DNA of 64,000 nt from Patescibacteria group bacterium (GCA_015491245.1 WFWH01000002.1:3823-67822); one strand, 5' to 3'; shown: positions 9,690-20,726, numbered from the stretch's first letter. The notes: generated by a model not told the origin, from the letters alone. Translations and numbers: made by a program.

Positions 9690-10448
9690 ATGGAAGAGGA
9701 ATATCAACCTGCCCGCGCACACTCTCCCGCACGCCGCAGCGGCGCGTGGGGTATCGCCGCCGCCATCGTGGTAGCAGGACTCATGGTGGCGAGTGCATTC
9801 TGGGCAACCCGCACCCCCTCTACCAGCCCCGTGAAAGAGCCGCCCGCGGCACAAAAGCAAGGTGCCATAGCCATTCGTCCCGTTTCCGAAGAAGATCATA
9901 TTCGTGGCGATCCGAACGCGCCCGTGGTGATTGTGGAATATTCCGACTATGAGTGCCCCTTTTGCGCGAAGTTTGACCTCACCATGCAAAAGCTCATGGA
10001 AAAGTACGGGAAAGAGGGCAAACTGGCGTGGGTGTACCGCCACTTCCCCATTGAGCAGCTGCACAAGAAAGCGTGGCGCATCGCCATAGGGAGCGAGTGC
10101 GTTGCGGAGATAGCAGGCAATGATGCGTTTTGGAAGTATTCCGATCTCGTGTTTGCGCAAATGCGCAAACGTCCGCCGGGCAGCCTGGAATTTGATATGA
10201 CGCTACTCTCCGATTACGCCGAGGAGGCGGGCGCTTCACGCGAGGCGTTCAATGCCTGCATGGAAACGGAGCGCACGCGCCCCAAAGTGCAGGAGGACTA
10301 CGACGAAGCGGTGAGCGGCGCACAGGCAAAGGGAACCCCCCACAACATCATTATTGCGGGGGGGCAAATGGCGGCCGTGCCCGGCGCACAGCCCTACGAC
10401 GTGCTGGACCAACTCATCGCCTCCATCCTCAGCGGCCTGGGAGAGTAG
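9690..10448 (+). CDS. membrane-anchored DsbA-family thiol-disulfide oxidoreductase
   Basis: N-terminal TM; GDPNAPVVIVEYSDYECPFC; YRHFP; GTP cis-Pro loop; GAQPY. Confidence 0.9.
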   Translation: MEEEYQPARAHSPARRSGAWGIAAAIVVAGLMVASAFWATRTPSTSPVKEPPAAQKQGAIAIRPVSEEDHIRGDPNAPVVIVEYSDYECPFCAKFDLTMQKLMEKYGKEGKLAWVYRHFPIEQLHKKAWRIAIGSECVAEIAGNDAFWKYSDLVFAQMRKRPPGSLEFDMTLLSDYAEEAGASREAFNACMETERTRPKVQEDYDEAVSGAQAKGTPHNIIIAGGQMAAVPGAQPYDVLDQLIASILSGLGE

Positions 10449-10533
10449 CCCCCCGCACCAGCCACGCAGCATTTTTTACGTGCCGCCCGCGTGAGAAAAA
10501 TAAAATAATAGAGGGAGCATGCGCCACACATCG

Positions 10534-13500
10534 CTATGCCTCACGCGACTCCTTTCTCTCAAACAGCTCCCGCACCAAGGGGCAAAACGAGGTGGTGCGC
10601 GCATCGCACGGATCGCGGAGAAATTCCAGGTGGTAGATGCGGCGCGCCGCCGCGGCTATCTCTTCCTCCAACCGTGCCACTTCCTCATCTGTTATGGAGG
10701 CGACATAGGGCGTACGCACCACGCCGCGCGCATCAGGCTCCACGAATTCAATCGCCGCATGCGCCATGGCCGGCTCGTTACGGTGCGCCCGTTGCCAGAG
10801 CAAGCGGTAAAACACCAGCTGGCGGTAGTAGTCTCCCGCACCCTGCGCCTTAGTGCGTCCCTCAATGTGGTTGCGTGATTTCGGCTTCCCCGTTTTGTAA
10901 TCCACCACGCGCACCCCACCCTCCTCCACGAGATCCACGCGGTCCAGCATCCCCCGAAGCGGAAAAGAGAACCCCTCGGGGTGCTGAAACTGCGCCGTGA
11001 GAGAAAGTTCTGTCGCGAACACGCGCGGCACCGCCGCGCAACGCGCCTCCCAATAGCGCGCCAAACTCTCTTCCCCTTTTTTGCGCATCTCTTCCCACTC
11101 GCGCGCGGAAAGCGGCTTTCGGGAGAGATGGTAGCGGAAGCGGTCTAAGAGGTAGGCGCCGTCCGCGCGCTCTCCGGTGCGCAGGCGCTCATAGTGGTCC
11201 CGCAGCGCCTGATGCACCGCATCACCAAAGAGCATGTGGCGGTTGGGCGAGAGGGGCACGCGCAGCAGATTGGCAAAGAAATACTCCCACGGATTTTTGA
11301 GAAAATTGTTGAGGGCGGTGACGGAAAGCCCCTGCTCCAAAAAGAGCGCACGCAGGTACTCCTCATCTATCGGCGATACAATGCGCGCCTGCCGCGGCGC
11401 CAGCAGCAGGGCGGGGTCAAGGTTTTGCTCAAATGCGTCCCCCGCTACCTCTTCGCGATAGCGCGGGTCTATCTCTTCAATAAACCTGCAGGGGAGCTGG
11501 GGGCGTCCCGAGAGAGAGCGGGTCGCATAGGTAATGGTAACCCCGTGCCGCGCACGGGTAAGCGCCACGTAGAAGAGGCGGCGCTCGTCGTCAATGGCGC
11601 TTTCCGCCGCATCTTCGGACAACCCGGTGGTCAAGGTAAAGTGCGCAGCGGGGCGCGCGGCGCCTCCCCAGTGTGCGTCGTATGCCTGCACGAGGAATAC
11701 GTAATCAAACTCAAGTCCCTTCGCTTTATGGGCGGTCATACAGCGCACCGACGGCGTGCGGACGCGCGGACGCACGCTCTTTACCGGCACGCGATGCTCC
11801 TCAAGGAGAGAGAGGTAGCGCACCACCTCTGCCATGCCGTAGTCACGGTGCGCTTCCAAGAGGCTCTGTATATCACGCAAAAAAGAACGGAAAAACTCCA
11901 GCCGCTCCCTTCCATCTCCGAGGGTGAGGAGATGGCGCACAAATCCCGATTCCTGCGCCACCGTATCCAACACCTCCAACACGCCGCGATTGCGTGCGAG
12001 GCGGCTCCAGCGGGCAAGTGCGTTCCCAAGTTCCGCCATCCGTGCGGAATCTCCCACTCCGGCCTTTTCCAAGAGTGCGGGCTGCGCGAGCAACCCATAT
12101 AAGCTCTTGCCGCTATCGCGCCGCAGGCGCATCAGTTTGTAGATATCCAAGGGCGCTAAACCGGTCACCTCCCAGCACAGAAACGACGCCAAGAGCTCCT
12201 CATTGCCGTAGTGTACCAGTGTGCGCAACAGCGAGACGAATCCGCGCAAGAGCGGGTCTGCCAGGACATTCTGGTCGGATTCCACCACAAACGGCACGCC
12301 CAACCGCTCAAAATCCGGTATAAACTGCTCCACATCGCGGTTGTTGCGGTACAGCACCGCTATCTCCTCCGCCGGCACCCCTTGGTCTATAAGGTCGCGC
12401 ACGGCGCGCGCGACATACGCTGCCTCAAATGCGGGTTCCGAGAAAGAAGCCACGGTGATTTTCTCCCCCGTCTCCTCGAGATGTGCCTTGAGCGGCTCTT
12501 TCAATTCCACCTCCGCCAACCCCCCCTTCGCAATCATGCTGAACGAGGAATCCAATATGAACTGACGCGAGCGGTAGTTGTCGGAGAGGCGGATGACCTC
12601 CGCTTCGGGATACTTTTTCTGGAAATACAGGAAGTTCTCCAGGGAAGCTCCCTGGAAGCGGTAAATGGCCTGCTTGGCATCGCCCACCAGAAACAGGTTG
12701 GGCCGGGGATGAAAACTGGCGAGCAATTCCAGAATGCGGTTTTGCGATTGGTTTGCATCTTGATGCTCATCCGCGAGCAGGTAGAGGTATTCTTCCTGCA
12801 CCGAAAGCAGAAAATCTTCGTTGCGCTCCAGCGCCGCAACGGTTTCCACTATCATGTCATCAAAGTCATAGCGGCGCTCCTCGCGCAGGCGTTGCTCGTA
12901 GCGCGCGTACAATTGCGCCAAATCCTCATTCTTTTCCAGCTTGGCCTCCCAAACCACGTACTTCCCTTTTTTCTTTCCCTTGTGCGGCCCTTTCTCGTGG
13001 TAGAGGTCCTCAATGGAGGCGAACGCTTCGCGCTCTTTACGCGCGCGGCGCGCCGCCTCCTCGGGGCTGATCGCCTCTTTTTTGAGGTCACTAATGGCGC
13101 GCGCCACGTGCGGCAGGTAGTGGTAGGGGCTGCCAAAGGGGCGCAGACGCTTCAGCGGTGCCTCATCAATGAGCGCCTTGAGCAGCTCCAGCTTATCCAC
13201 TTCGGTTAAAAGCTGCGCACCGATAATGCGGGGATAGGCATCCGGAAAACGGCGAATGAGATCATTGCAAAAAGAGTGGAAGGTATAGATGGCTACTTGG
13301 TAGCCGCGGCTTCCCACCATTGCCACCAGGCGCTTGCGCATCGCGTACACGCCCGCCTCGGTGAACGTCAGCGCCAAAATGCCCGAGGGCGGGGTGTCGG
13401 TGAGGCGCAAGATGTTGGCGATGCGCAGTGTGAGGATTTGTGTCTTTCCCGTTCCCGGGCCGGCAATCACCATGACCGGTCCCTCAATGGTGTCCACCGC

Positions 13501-13554
13501 GCGGCGCTGCTGCGGATTGAGTTGCCGATATAAGCGAGAAAACGAAGCATCCAT
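10534..13554 (-). CDS. UvrD/PcrA-family SF1 helicase fused to a C-terminal PD-(D/E)xK (RecB-like) nuclease
   Basis: AGPGTGKT, DEHQD, VGDAKQAIYRFQGA, NYRS, HKAKGLEF, RLFYVALTRA; then GMLDRVD...VVDYKTG...QLVFY. Confidence 0.88.
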   Translation of the reverse strand: MDASFSRLYRQLNPQQRRAVDTIEGPVMVIAGPGTGKTQILTLRIANILRLTDTPPSGILALTFTEAGVYAMRKRLVAMVGSRGYQVAIYTFHSFCNDLIRRFPDAYPRIIGAQLLTEVDKLELLKALIDEAPLKRLRPFGSPYHYLPHVARAISDLKKEAISPEEAARRARKEREAFASIEDLYHEKGPHKGKKKGKYVVWEAKLEKNEDLAQLYARYEQRLREERRYDFDDMIVETVAALERNEDFLLSVQEEYLYLLADEHQDANQSQNRILELLASFHPRPNLFLVGDAKQAIYRFQGASLENFLYFQKKYPEAEVIRLSDNYRSRQFILDSSFSMIAKGGLAEVELKEPLKAHLEETGEKITVASFSEPAFEAAYVARAVRDLIDQGVPAEEIAVLYRNNRDVEQFIPDFERLGVPFVVESDQNVLADPLLRGFVSLLRTLVHYGNEELLASFLCWEVTGLAPLDIYKLMRLRRDSGKSLYGLLAQPALLEKAGVGDSARMAELGNALARWSRLARNRGVLEVLDTVAQESGFVRHLLTLGDGRERLEFFRSFLRDIQSLLEAHRDYGMAEVVRYLSLLEEHRVPVKSVRPRVRTPSVRCMTAHKAKGLEFDYVFLVQAYDAHWGGAARPAAHFTLTTGLSEDAAESAIDDERRLFYVALTRARHGVTITYATRSLSGRPQLPCRFIEEIDPRYREEVAGDAFEQNLDPALLLAPRQARIVSPIDEEYLRALFLEQGLSVTALNNFLKNPWEYFFANLLRVPLSPNRHMLFGDAVHQALRDHYERLRTGERADGAYLLDRFRYHLSRKPLSAREWEEMRKKGEESLARYWEARCAAVPRVFATELSLTAQFQHPEGFSFPLRGMLDRVDLVEEGGVRVVDYKTGKPKSRNHIEGRTKAQGAGDYYRQLVFYRLLWQRAHRNEPAMAHAAIEFVEPDARGVVRTPYVASITDEEVARLEEEIAAAARRIYHLEFLRDPCDARTTSFCPLVRELFERKESREA

Positions 13555-13692
13555 GGCGCACGTGCGTTTTCGGCATTATAGCACGCGCGCCAACGCCCCT
13601 TACGGCGCTTCACTGCCCCCGCCTGCGGCGGCACATCGCCTCGCGCAGGAAGCGGTAGCCGCAGCGGTGCGCGTGGAGGCGCCCACGGCGCA

Positions 13693-15093
13693 CTAGTAGT
13701 TGCGCAATTTTTTGCTCTTTTCGTGGTGGCGAATCTTTTCAATCGCCTTCGCCTCAATTTGGCGGATGCGCTCGCGGGTCACCCCAAACTGCTTACCCAC
13801 TTCCTCCAGCGTGTGGTATATGCCATCCACCAAGCCGTGGCGCAGCTCAAGAATTTTCCGCTCCTTGGGCGAGAGATCACCTAAAATATCGCGAATGTGA
13901 TCGGAGAGAATGCGATGTGAGGTTTCTTGGTCCGGCGCGGTAATTTGGTCATCCGCGATAAAGTCCCCCAAGGTGGATTTTTCATCATCGTCCGATCCTA
14001 CCGGCGCTTCCAGCGAAACGGTTGCTTGGTCAATTTTTTCAATCATATGAATCTTCTCCACCTCCACGCCCATTTCCGCCGCCACTTCCTCGGGAAGGGG
14101 GTCGCGCCCCAAATCCTGCGCCATGCGCCGAAACACCTGCTTGTATTTGGCAATGGTCTCCACCATGTGCACGGGAATGCGAATGGTGCGCGATTGGTCG
14201 GCGAGCGCGCGGGTGATGGCTTGGCGAATCCACCACGTGGCATAGGTGGAAAATTTGTACCCCTTGGTGTAGTCAAATTTGTCCACCGCCTTGAAAAGGC
14301 CCAAGTTGCCCTCTTGAATCAAATCCAACAGCGTCAAATCGGGACTCCTCCCAATATATTTTTTGGCGATAGACACTACGAGGCGCAAATTGGCGCGCGC
14401 GAGGAGGTTCTTTGCCTCCTCGTCGCCCTCCATGACGCGCTTGGCGAGCGCGCGCTCTTCGCTTGCCGTCAAGAGCGGGTACTGGCCGATTTCCCTGAGG
14501 TACATTTGGATGGAGTCATAGCCGGAATCGTGGCGGCGGTACACGTTTTTTTTGTCCAGTATGTTGCCTACTGTCTCATCGGAGAGAATATTGCCGCTCT
14601 CCAACACCTCAATCCCCGCCGCGGCGAAGCGCTCGTACAGGTCTTCCAAAAAAGCGATGTCGCGCTCCACCTCGGGAAGCTCTTTGAGAATCTCGTCATA
14701 AGTGATGTAGCCGCGCTCACGCCCTTTAGCAATTAAGCGCTCGGCGAGTAAATCTTTCTCCGAGGTTTTTTCCGCGGCGTGCGTGCGCGGTACACTTTTC
14801 TTTTTTGCGCGCACGGATGCCGATGCAGCGCGCGCAGCTGTGTTCTTTGCGGCGGTTTTCTTAGCGGGTGCACGGCGCGTGCGCGCACGCGCGCGCGTAT
14901 TGCGGGTTGTAGTTGCGTTCTTTACGGTACGTGTAGTCTTGCTCTTTTTCTTCGCAGTGGCAGTGGTTTTTTTAACGTTCCCCTTCGCCTTAGCGGCGGT
15001 GACGGACTTTTTCCCTGCCTTTTTCTTCGCCTTGGAGGCGGCGGTTTTTTTGCGCGTATGTGCGCGTGTTGCTTTTGCCTTTGTACTCGGCAT
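13693..15093 (-). CDS. rpoD: primary sigma-70 factor with a Lys/Ala/Thr-rich N-terminal extension
   Basis: Regions 1.1 ([13 protein letters not shown]), 1.2 ([11 protein letters not shown]), 2 ([37 protein letters not shown]) and 4 (TLEEVG...TRERIRQIE). Confidence 0.96.
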   Translation of the reverse strand: MPSTKAKATRAHTRKKTAASKAKKKAGKKSVTAAKAKGNVKKTTATAKKKSKTTRTVKNATTTRNTRARARTRRAPAKKTAAKNTAARAASASVRAKKKSVPRTHAAEKTSEKDLLAERLIAKGRERGYITYDEILKELPEVERDIAFLEDLYERFAAAGIEVLESGNILSDETVGNILDKKNVYRRHDSGYDSIQMYLREIGQYPLLTASEERALAKRVMEGDEEAKNLLARANLRLVVSIAKKYIGRSPDLTLLDLIQEGNLGLFKAVDKFDYTKGYKFSTYATWWIRQAITRALADQSRTIRIPVHMVETIAKYKQVFRRMAQDLGRDPLPEEVAAEMGVEVEKIHMIEKIDQATVSLEAPVGSDDDEKSTLGDFIADDQITAPDQETSHRILSDHIRDILGDLSPKERKILELRHGLVDGIYHTLEEVGKQFGVTRERIRQIEAKAIEKIRHHEKSKKLRNY

Positions 15094-15157
15094 AACAGAT
15101 ATGGTGGAGCAACTATACTACATATGTAGTTGCACCGCAATGCGCTGCAGTAGTTAC

Positions 15158-16906
15158 CTATGCCGTATCTCCCTCATGCAGGCGCAGTGAAATCTCTTGA
15201 ATCTCACGCAGGAGTGCCTCTGCTTCCTCCTCTCTTCCCGCCGCCTCGGCTGCCGCATGGCAGGCATGGAGCTCTTTAAGCCTGCGCTGCGCCTTTGCGC
15301 GCTCCCACTCGTCCAACACTGCATGCAGTGCGGCAATGCGCGCGTGGTGCCCCTCTTCCTTGAGGTACTTGTCTTCGAGCTCAAAAAGCAAACGGGTGCG
15401 CGCGGGGGTAAGTGGTGCCATCTCTTCATCTGTCACCAACGCCTCAGCCCGCTGGTGCAGGGCGGCAAGCGACGCATCCGCTGCATCAGCGGATGCCTTC
15501 TCTGCGATGTCTTCCGTGTACCACCGCACCGCAACCGCCATACGCTGAAGGTGCTGGTACCGACCTTCTGCAGGCGCAGCAATATCTGTTGTAGCACCGG
15601 GCGCCGTGCGCGGCGGCGCGGCGGCGCGCGGTGTCTCCTGTGCCGCCACCGCGATCTCTTCCCGCACCGTATCTTCCGGCACTGAGAGTGCACGTGCGAT
15701 GTGCCCCGCCCACAATGCGCGGTCCACCGCATGCGGCATAGCGGCCACCAAAGGGAATACCTCTGCGCGCACCGCGCGCACATAGGCGCGCTCGTCGCGC
15801 GTGGCGGCGCGCAGCAGCGCGAGGTAGTGCTCTACCACAGGGATACTGCTTTTCACCGCCGTGCGCCACGCCTCGGGGCTCTCCCGTACACAATCGGCCG
15901 GATCGCTCCCCTCGGGCAAAACAACCGTCTTCACCTCCATGCCCTCGGCAAGTGCCATGCGCGCCACGCGGCCCAGTGAGCGCATTCCCGCTGCGTCGGC
16001 ATCAAACGCGACCACCAGATTTGCGGTAAGGCGGCGCAAGAGCGAGAGGTGCTGAGGGGTAAACGCAGTTCCCGATACTGCCACCGTGTTAGGAAATCCC
16101 GCTTGGTGGCTCATCACCAAGTCCATCTGCCCCTCCACCACGAGTGCAAAATTGAAGCGGCGTATGGCACCCTTCGCTCTGTCGTAGCCATAGAGCAGCG
16201 ACGATTTGTCATAGAGCGGCGTTTCGGGAGAGTTAAGATACTTCGCCACTTCCGCACCTCCCTCTTGACCCACGGCGCGGCCCGAGAACGCCACCACGCG
16301 CCCCGCGCTGTCGCACAACGGGAAGAGAATGCGGCTGCGGAACCGGTCATAGTAGGTGCCGCGCTCACTTTTTTTGACAAGTCCCGCCTTCTCTAACTCA
16401 TCCTCGCGGTACCCTTTTTGCTTCAGCGCCTCCAAAAGCGCGCGCCACGCGGCAGGTGCAAAACCCAGGCGCCACGTGCGGCGGGTTTCTTCGCGCACGC
16501 CACGCGCCGCAAGGTACGCCTGCGCTTCGGGGGAGGCGGAAAGCTGCGCCGTATACCACGAGGCGGCATCCTCCATTATCTGGTACAGCCGCTCGCGCGC
16601 ATCTCGCGCCTCTTTCCTCTCGGGCACCAGTGCTATCCCCGCACGCTCCGCCAATATTTTCAACGCGCCGCGAAAATCCACCCCCTCCATTTCTTGAATG
16701 AAGGTAAAGATGTCGCCTCCCTTATTGGAGGAAAAACAATAGTACATGCCCCGCTCGGGGGAAACAAAAAACGAGGGGGTCTTTTCCTTGTTAAAGGGTG
16801 AGAGGCCGCGGAAATTTTTCCCCGCTTTCGTGAGTTTGACATACTCCCCCACCAGTGCCACGATATCCACCCGCTCCTTTATCTGCTCCACCACAGACGA
16901 GCGCAT
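15158..16906 (-). CDS. dnaG: DNA primase
   Basis: EKTPSF, DRFRSRILFP, KYLNSPET, VEGQMD and FDADAAG TOPRIM motifs. Confidence 0.95.
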   Translation of the reverse strand: MRSSVVEQIKERVDIVALVGEYVKLTKAGKNFRGLSPFNKEKTPSFFVSPERGMYYCFSSNKGGDIFTFIQEMEGVDFRGALKILAERAGIALVPERKEARDARERLYQIMEDAASWYTAQLSASPEAQAYLAARGVREETRRTWRLGFAPAAWRALLEALKQKGYREDELEKAGLVKKSERGTYYDRFRSRILFPLCDSAGRVVAFSGRAVGQEGGAEVAKYLNSPETPLYDKSSLLYGYDRAKGAIRRFNFALVVEGQMDLVMSHQAGFPNTVAVSGTAFTPQHLSLLRRLTANLVVAFDADAAGMRSLGRVARMALAEGMEVKTVVLPEGSDPADCVRESPEAWRTAVKSSIPVVEHYLALLRAATRDERAYVRAVRAEVFPLVAAMPHAVDRALWAGHIARALSVPEDTVREEIAVAAQETPRAAAPPRTAPGATTDIAAPAEGRYQHLQRMAVAVRWYTEDIAEKASADAADASLAALHQRAEALVTDEEMAPLTPARTRLLFELEDKYLKEEGHHARIAALHAVLDEWERAKAQRRLKELHACHAAAEAAGREEEAEALLREIQEISLRLHEGDTA

Positions 16907-16976
16907 ACGGAATATAGTATATCAGCTCCCCTCGGCGGGAATGGAAAGGGAGGAGAAGAAGACGGCGTGGTACCCG

Positions 16977-19900
16977 CTACGCCTCTTGTGCAGCTGCGGG
17001 CTTTTCCTCCGCGGCCTCTTCCTCCATCGCATCGGGAGTGATGGTAAGGCCCTCCTGCACCTCTTCTTCCGCCTCAGGCTCCTGTGACGCGAGTGTCTCC
17101 TGGAGTTCGGTGATCATTTGGTACTTCTCGCTGCCGGGGTAGTGCGTTCCCGCAGGAATGAGGCGGCCAATGATGACGTTTTCCTTGAGGCCGCGCAAGC
17201 GGTCCTTTACCCCCTTGACGGCAGCGTTAATGAGCACTTTGTTGGTGTTTTGGAAGGAAGCCGCAGAAAGGAAGCTCTGGCGTGTGAGTGAGACCTCTGC
17301 AATGCCGAGTAGATGCGTTTCTGCCTCCGCGGGCTGCCCGCCCTGCGCGCGCGCCGCCTCGTTTACCTCCTCCAGGTACCACTCCTCCACAATATCGCCC
17401 ACATTGAGGTGGGTGTCACCGGGGTCCTTCACCTTTTTACGGGAGAGCATTTGCTTTACGATAACCTCAATGTGCTTACGGGAAATGGAAACGCCCTGCA
17501 GTTCGTAAATTTTGCTCGTTTCGCGGATAATGTAGTCCTGCGTTTTCTTTTTTCCCGCAAAGCGGAACAGCTCGGTGAGATTGGCGGAGCCGTCGGTCAG
17601 GAGGTCGCCCTTCTCCACTTTGTCCCTCTCTTGTACCAGTATTTTGCGCGGCGGCTGCACACGGTACTCAATTTCTTTTTTCTTCGCATCCTTGGACCCT
17701 TTTTCCGGCGCCAAGATGATCACCTTTTCACTTCCCTCATCCCGTATTTCCAAAACGGTACCAGAAATTTGCGCAATGGCAGCCGGCCCTTTGGGCATGC
17801 GCCGCTCAAACACCTCCTCCACGCGGGGGAGGCCCTGCACCACATCACCCTGCACGCCCGCCGCGCCCCCGGCGTGCTTGGTGTTCATGGTAAGCTGCGT
17901 CCCCGGCTCGCCAATGGCCTGCGCCGCTACGGTCCCAACCGCTTCGCCAAAATCAACCGGCTTCCCGGTGGTAAGGTCAGCGCCGTAGCACCTGCGGCAC
18001 ACGCCGTGGAGGTTTTTGCAGGCCATGGGGCTGCGCACCTCCACCGCCTCCACTCCCGCGCGCTCAATGGCACGGGCGTCTTCCGGTGTCACAAAGTGGT
18101 TGCGTTTGAACACGGTGCCGTCCTCCAGCACCACCTCCTTGGCGAGGAAACGTCCCACAATGTTTTTGGCGAGGTCGGTTTCAATGCCTAGCGCACTCTC
18201 GCGCGAGATCGTAGCGCCCTCACGCGTACCGCAATCCTCCTCTGTCACGATTACGTCCTGTGCCACATCAAACAGTTTGCGCGTCAGGTATCCTGCCTTT
18301 GCAGTTTGCAGTGCGGTATCGGCAAGTCCCTTGCGAGAGCCGTGCGTGGTCACAAAGTATTCAATGGGGGTCAACCCCTCCTTGTAGGAAGTGGTAATCG
18401 GAAACTCAATGGTCTCCCCTTGGGTGTTTTGAATGAGCCCCTTCATGCCCGCCATCTGTGTCAATTGCCCCATGGAGCCGCGCGCGCCGGAGATGACCAG
18501 GTCATACACGGAGCCGTTGGGATCCATCGCCTCGGGGATCTTCTTCTCTATTTCGCTCTTGGCGTGGTGCCACACCTCAATCACCATGCGCTTTTTCTCC
18601 TCGGGAGAGAGCAAGCCTTCCTGGTACTGCGCCTCAATTTCGCGCTGGCGCGCGCGTGCCTCTTCCACAATGCGCGCTTTTTCCTCGGGAATGGTGAGCT
18701 CATCAATACTCCATGTGACCCCGGATTTCGTCGCATAGGTGAAGCCGAAGTCTTTCATTTTGTCCAGTATCGGCGGCATCGCATCCAGGCCGTAGAGGCG
18801 GATGAGCTCGTCCACGAGTGCAGAGAGCGCGCCCTTTTTCATCTCTTGGTTAAGGTAGGGGTAATCCTTGGGGAGTACGCTGTTGAAGAGCAGGCGCCCC
18901 ACCGAAGTTTCAAACGGCACGCCGTTGAACTGCGCATACTTGGGGCTGTCGCTCGGCAGCACCTTGATGCGCGCGCGGAATGATACCAGGCCGTAATCGT
19001 ACGCATGAATGGCGTCATTGGGGCTGGAGAAATATTTCCCCTCCCCTTTTTCTCCATCCACAATTTTAGTCATCCAGTAGCAGCCCAGCACAATGTCTTG
19101 GCTGGGAGTGGTCACAGGGGTCCCGCTGCCCGGCTTCAGGAGGTTTTTGTTGGCGGACATAATCTCCCGCGCCTCCAGCTGTGCCTCTTCAGAGAGCGGC
19201 ACGTGCACCGCCATTTGATCGCCGTCAAAGTCAGCGTTAAATGCGGGACACACCAAGGGGTGGATACGGATCGCATTGCCCTCTATCAGAACCGGGCGAA
19301 ACGCTTGGATGCCCTGCCGGTGCAGCGTGGGCGCACGGTTGAGCAGCACATGTTTGTCCGCAATAACCTCTTCCAAAATGGCCCACACCTCGGGAATCCC
19401 TTCTTCAATGAGCCGGCCCGCGCCGCGAATGTTATAGGCGAGCTCGCGCTCCAGAAGCTTCGCGATAATGAAGGGGCGGAACAGCTCCAGCGCCATGTGC
19501 TTGGGCAAGCCGCACTGGTCCAATTTCAATTCAGGCCCCACCACAATAACCGAGCGGCCCGAGTAATCCACGCGCTTCCCCAGCAGGTTCTGCCGGAAGT
19601 ACCCCTGCTTGCCGCGCAGGTAATCCGACAAGGATTTGAGCGGACGGCGCTGCGCCTGGCTCATTGCTGAGTACGTGGTGTTGCCGTGGCGTATGGAATT
19701 ATCAATGAGTGCATCCACCGCCTCCTGCAAAATGCGCTTCTCGTTGCGCAGGATAACCTCGGGCGCCTGGATGTCCATGAGCTTTTTGAGGCGGTTGTTG
19801 CGGTTAATGACGCGCCGATAGAGATCGTTGAGGTCTGAAGAGGCATGGCGCCCCCCCTCCAGGGCAACCATGGGGCGCAGTGCCGGCGGAATGACGGGAA

Positions 19901-20726
19901 TGGTGGTGAGGAACATCCACTCGGGGCGGATACCCGCGTGGAGGAGTGAGTTAATGAGCGCAATGCGCTTGTTGATCTTGACGCGCTCCAGCGCGCCCGC
20001 TTGGTCGCGGCGCGCAATCAGCTTTTCGCGCAGCTTCTCTAGGTCCAGCTCTTTGAATATATCGTAGATTGCCTCCGCACCAATGCGCGCCTCAAAGAGG
20101 GTGCCGTAGCGCACCGAGTAGCGGTGGTAGGTCGCCTCATCCAACACCTGCCCTTCCGCCAAGCGCTCCACCTCGGCTTTCGCTTGTATAAACAGCTCTT
20201 TCAGCTTCTCGCGCTCATCCTGGGATGCCGCAGCGCCTGTTTTGGACTTGTACTCTGCGTCTATCTCCTTCAAGAGGCGCTTGCGCTCCTGCTCGTTGAC
20301 CTTGGTGACGATGTAACCCGCAAAGTAAATTACCTTTTCGGTATCTGCCGAGGAAATGCCGAGGAGGGTGGCAATGCGCGAAGGAATGGCGCGCAGGTAC
20401 CAAATGTGCGCCACCGGCGAAGCAAGCTCAATGTGCCCCATGCGCTCGCGGCGCACAATGGCACGCGTTACCTCCACCCCGCAGCGGTCGCAGACAATAC
20501 CCTTGTAACGTATCCCTTTGTACTTGCCGCAGAAACACTCGTAGTCACGCGTGGGCCCAAATATTTTCTCGTCAAACAAGCCGTGCTTTTCCGCGCGCTG
20601 GGTGCGGTAGTTGATGGTTTCCGGCTTGGTAACCTCGCCGTGGGACCACCCACGGATATCTTCGGGGCTCGCGACTTTGATGGACACCGCGCTAAAATCA
20701 TTTATGTCGCTGATTTCTCGTTTCAT
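16977..20726 (-). CDS. rpoC: RNA polymerase beta' subunit
   Basis: KPETINYRT, N-terminal Zn finger, GKRVDYSGRSV, catalytic NADFDGDQM. Confidence 0.98.
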   Translation of the reverse strand: MKREISDINDFSAVSIKVASPEDIRGWSHGEVTKPETINYRTQRAEKHGLFDEKIFGPTRDYECFCGKYKGIRYKGIVCDRCGVEVTRAIVRRERMGHIELASPVAHIWYLRAIPSRIATLLGISSADTEKVIYFAGYIVTKVNEQERKRLLKEIDAEYKSKTGAAASQDEREKLKELFIQAKAEVERLAEGQVLDEATYHRYSVRYGTLFEARIGAEAIYDIFKELDLEKLREKLIARRDQAGALERVKINKRIALINSLLHAGIRPEWMFLTTIPVIPPALRPMVALEGGRHASSDLNDLYRRVINRNNRLKKLMDIQAPEVILRNEKRILQEAVDALIDNSIRHGNTTYSAMSQAQRRPLKSLSDYLRGKQGYFRQNLLGKRVDYSGRSVIVVGPELKLDQCGLPKHMALELFRPFIIAKLLERELAYNIRGAGRLIEEGIPEVWAILEEVIADKHVLLNRAPTLHRQGIQAFRPVLIEGNAIRIHPLVCPAFNADFDGDQMAVHVPLSEEAQLEAREIMSANKNLLKPGSGTPVTTPSQDIVLGCYWMTKIVDGEKGEGKYFSSPNDAIHAYDYGLVSFRARIKVLPSDSPKYAQFNGVPFETSVGRLLFNSVLPKDYPYLNQEMKKGALSALVDELIRLYGLDAMPPILDKMKDFGFTYATKSGVTWSIDELTIPEEKARIVEEARARQREIEAQYQEGLLSPEEKKRMVIEVWHHAKSEIEKKIPEAMDPNGSVYDLVISGARGSMGQLTQMAGMKGLIQNTQGETIEFPITTSYKEGLTPIEYFVTTHGSRKGLADTALQTAKAGYLTRKLFDVAQDVIVTEEDCGTREGATISRESALGIETDLAKNIVGRFLAKEVVLEDGTVFKRNHFVTPEDARAIERAGVEAVEVRSPMACKNLHGVCRRCYGADLTTGKPVDFGEAVGTVAAQAIGEPGTQLTMNTKHAGGAAGVQGDVVQGLPRVEEVFERRMPKGPAAIAQISGTVLEIRDEGSEKVIILAPEKGSKDAKKKEIEYRVQPPRKILVQERDKVEKGDLLTDGSANLTELFRFAGKKKTQDYIIRETSKIYELQGVSISRKHIEVIVKQMLSRKKVKDPGDTHLNVGDIVEEWYLEEVNEAARAQGGQPAEAETHLLGIAEVSLTRQSFLSAASFQNTNKVLINAAVKGVKDRLRGLKENVIIGRLIPAGTHYPGSEKYQMITELQETLASQEPEAEEEVQEGLTITPDAMEEEAAEEKPAAAQEA

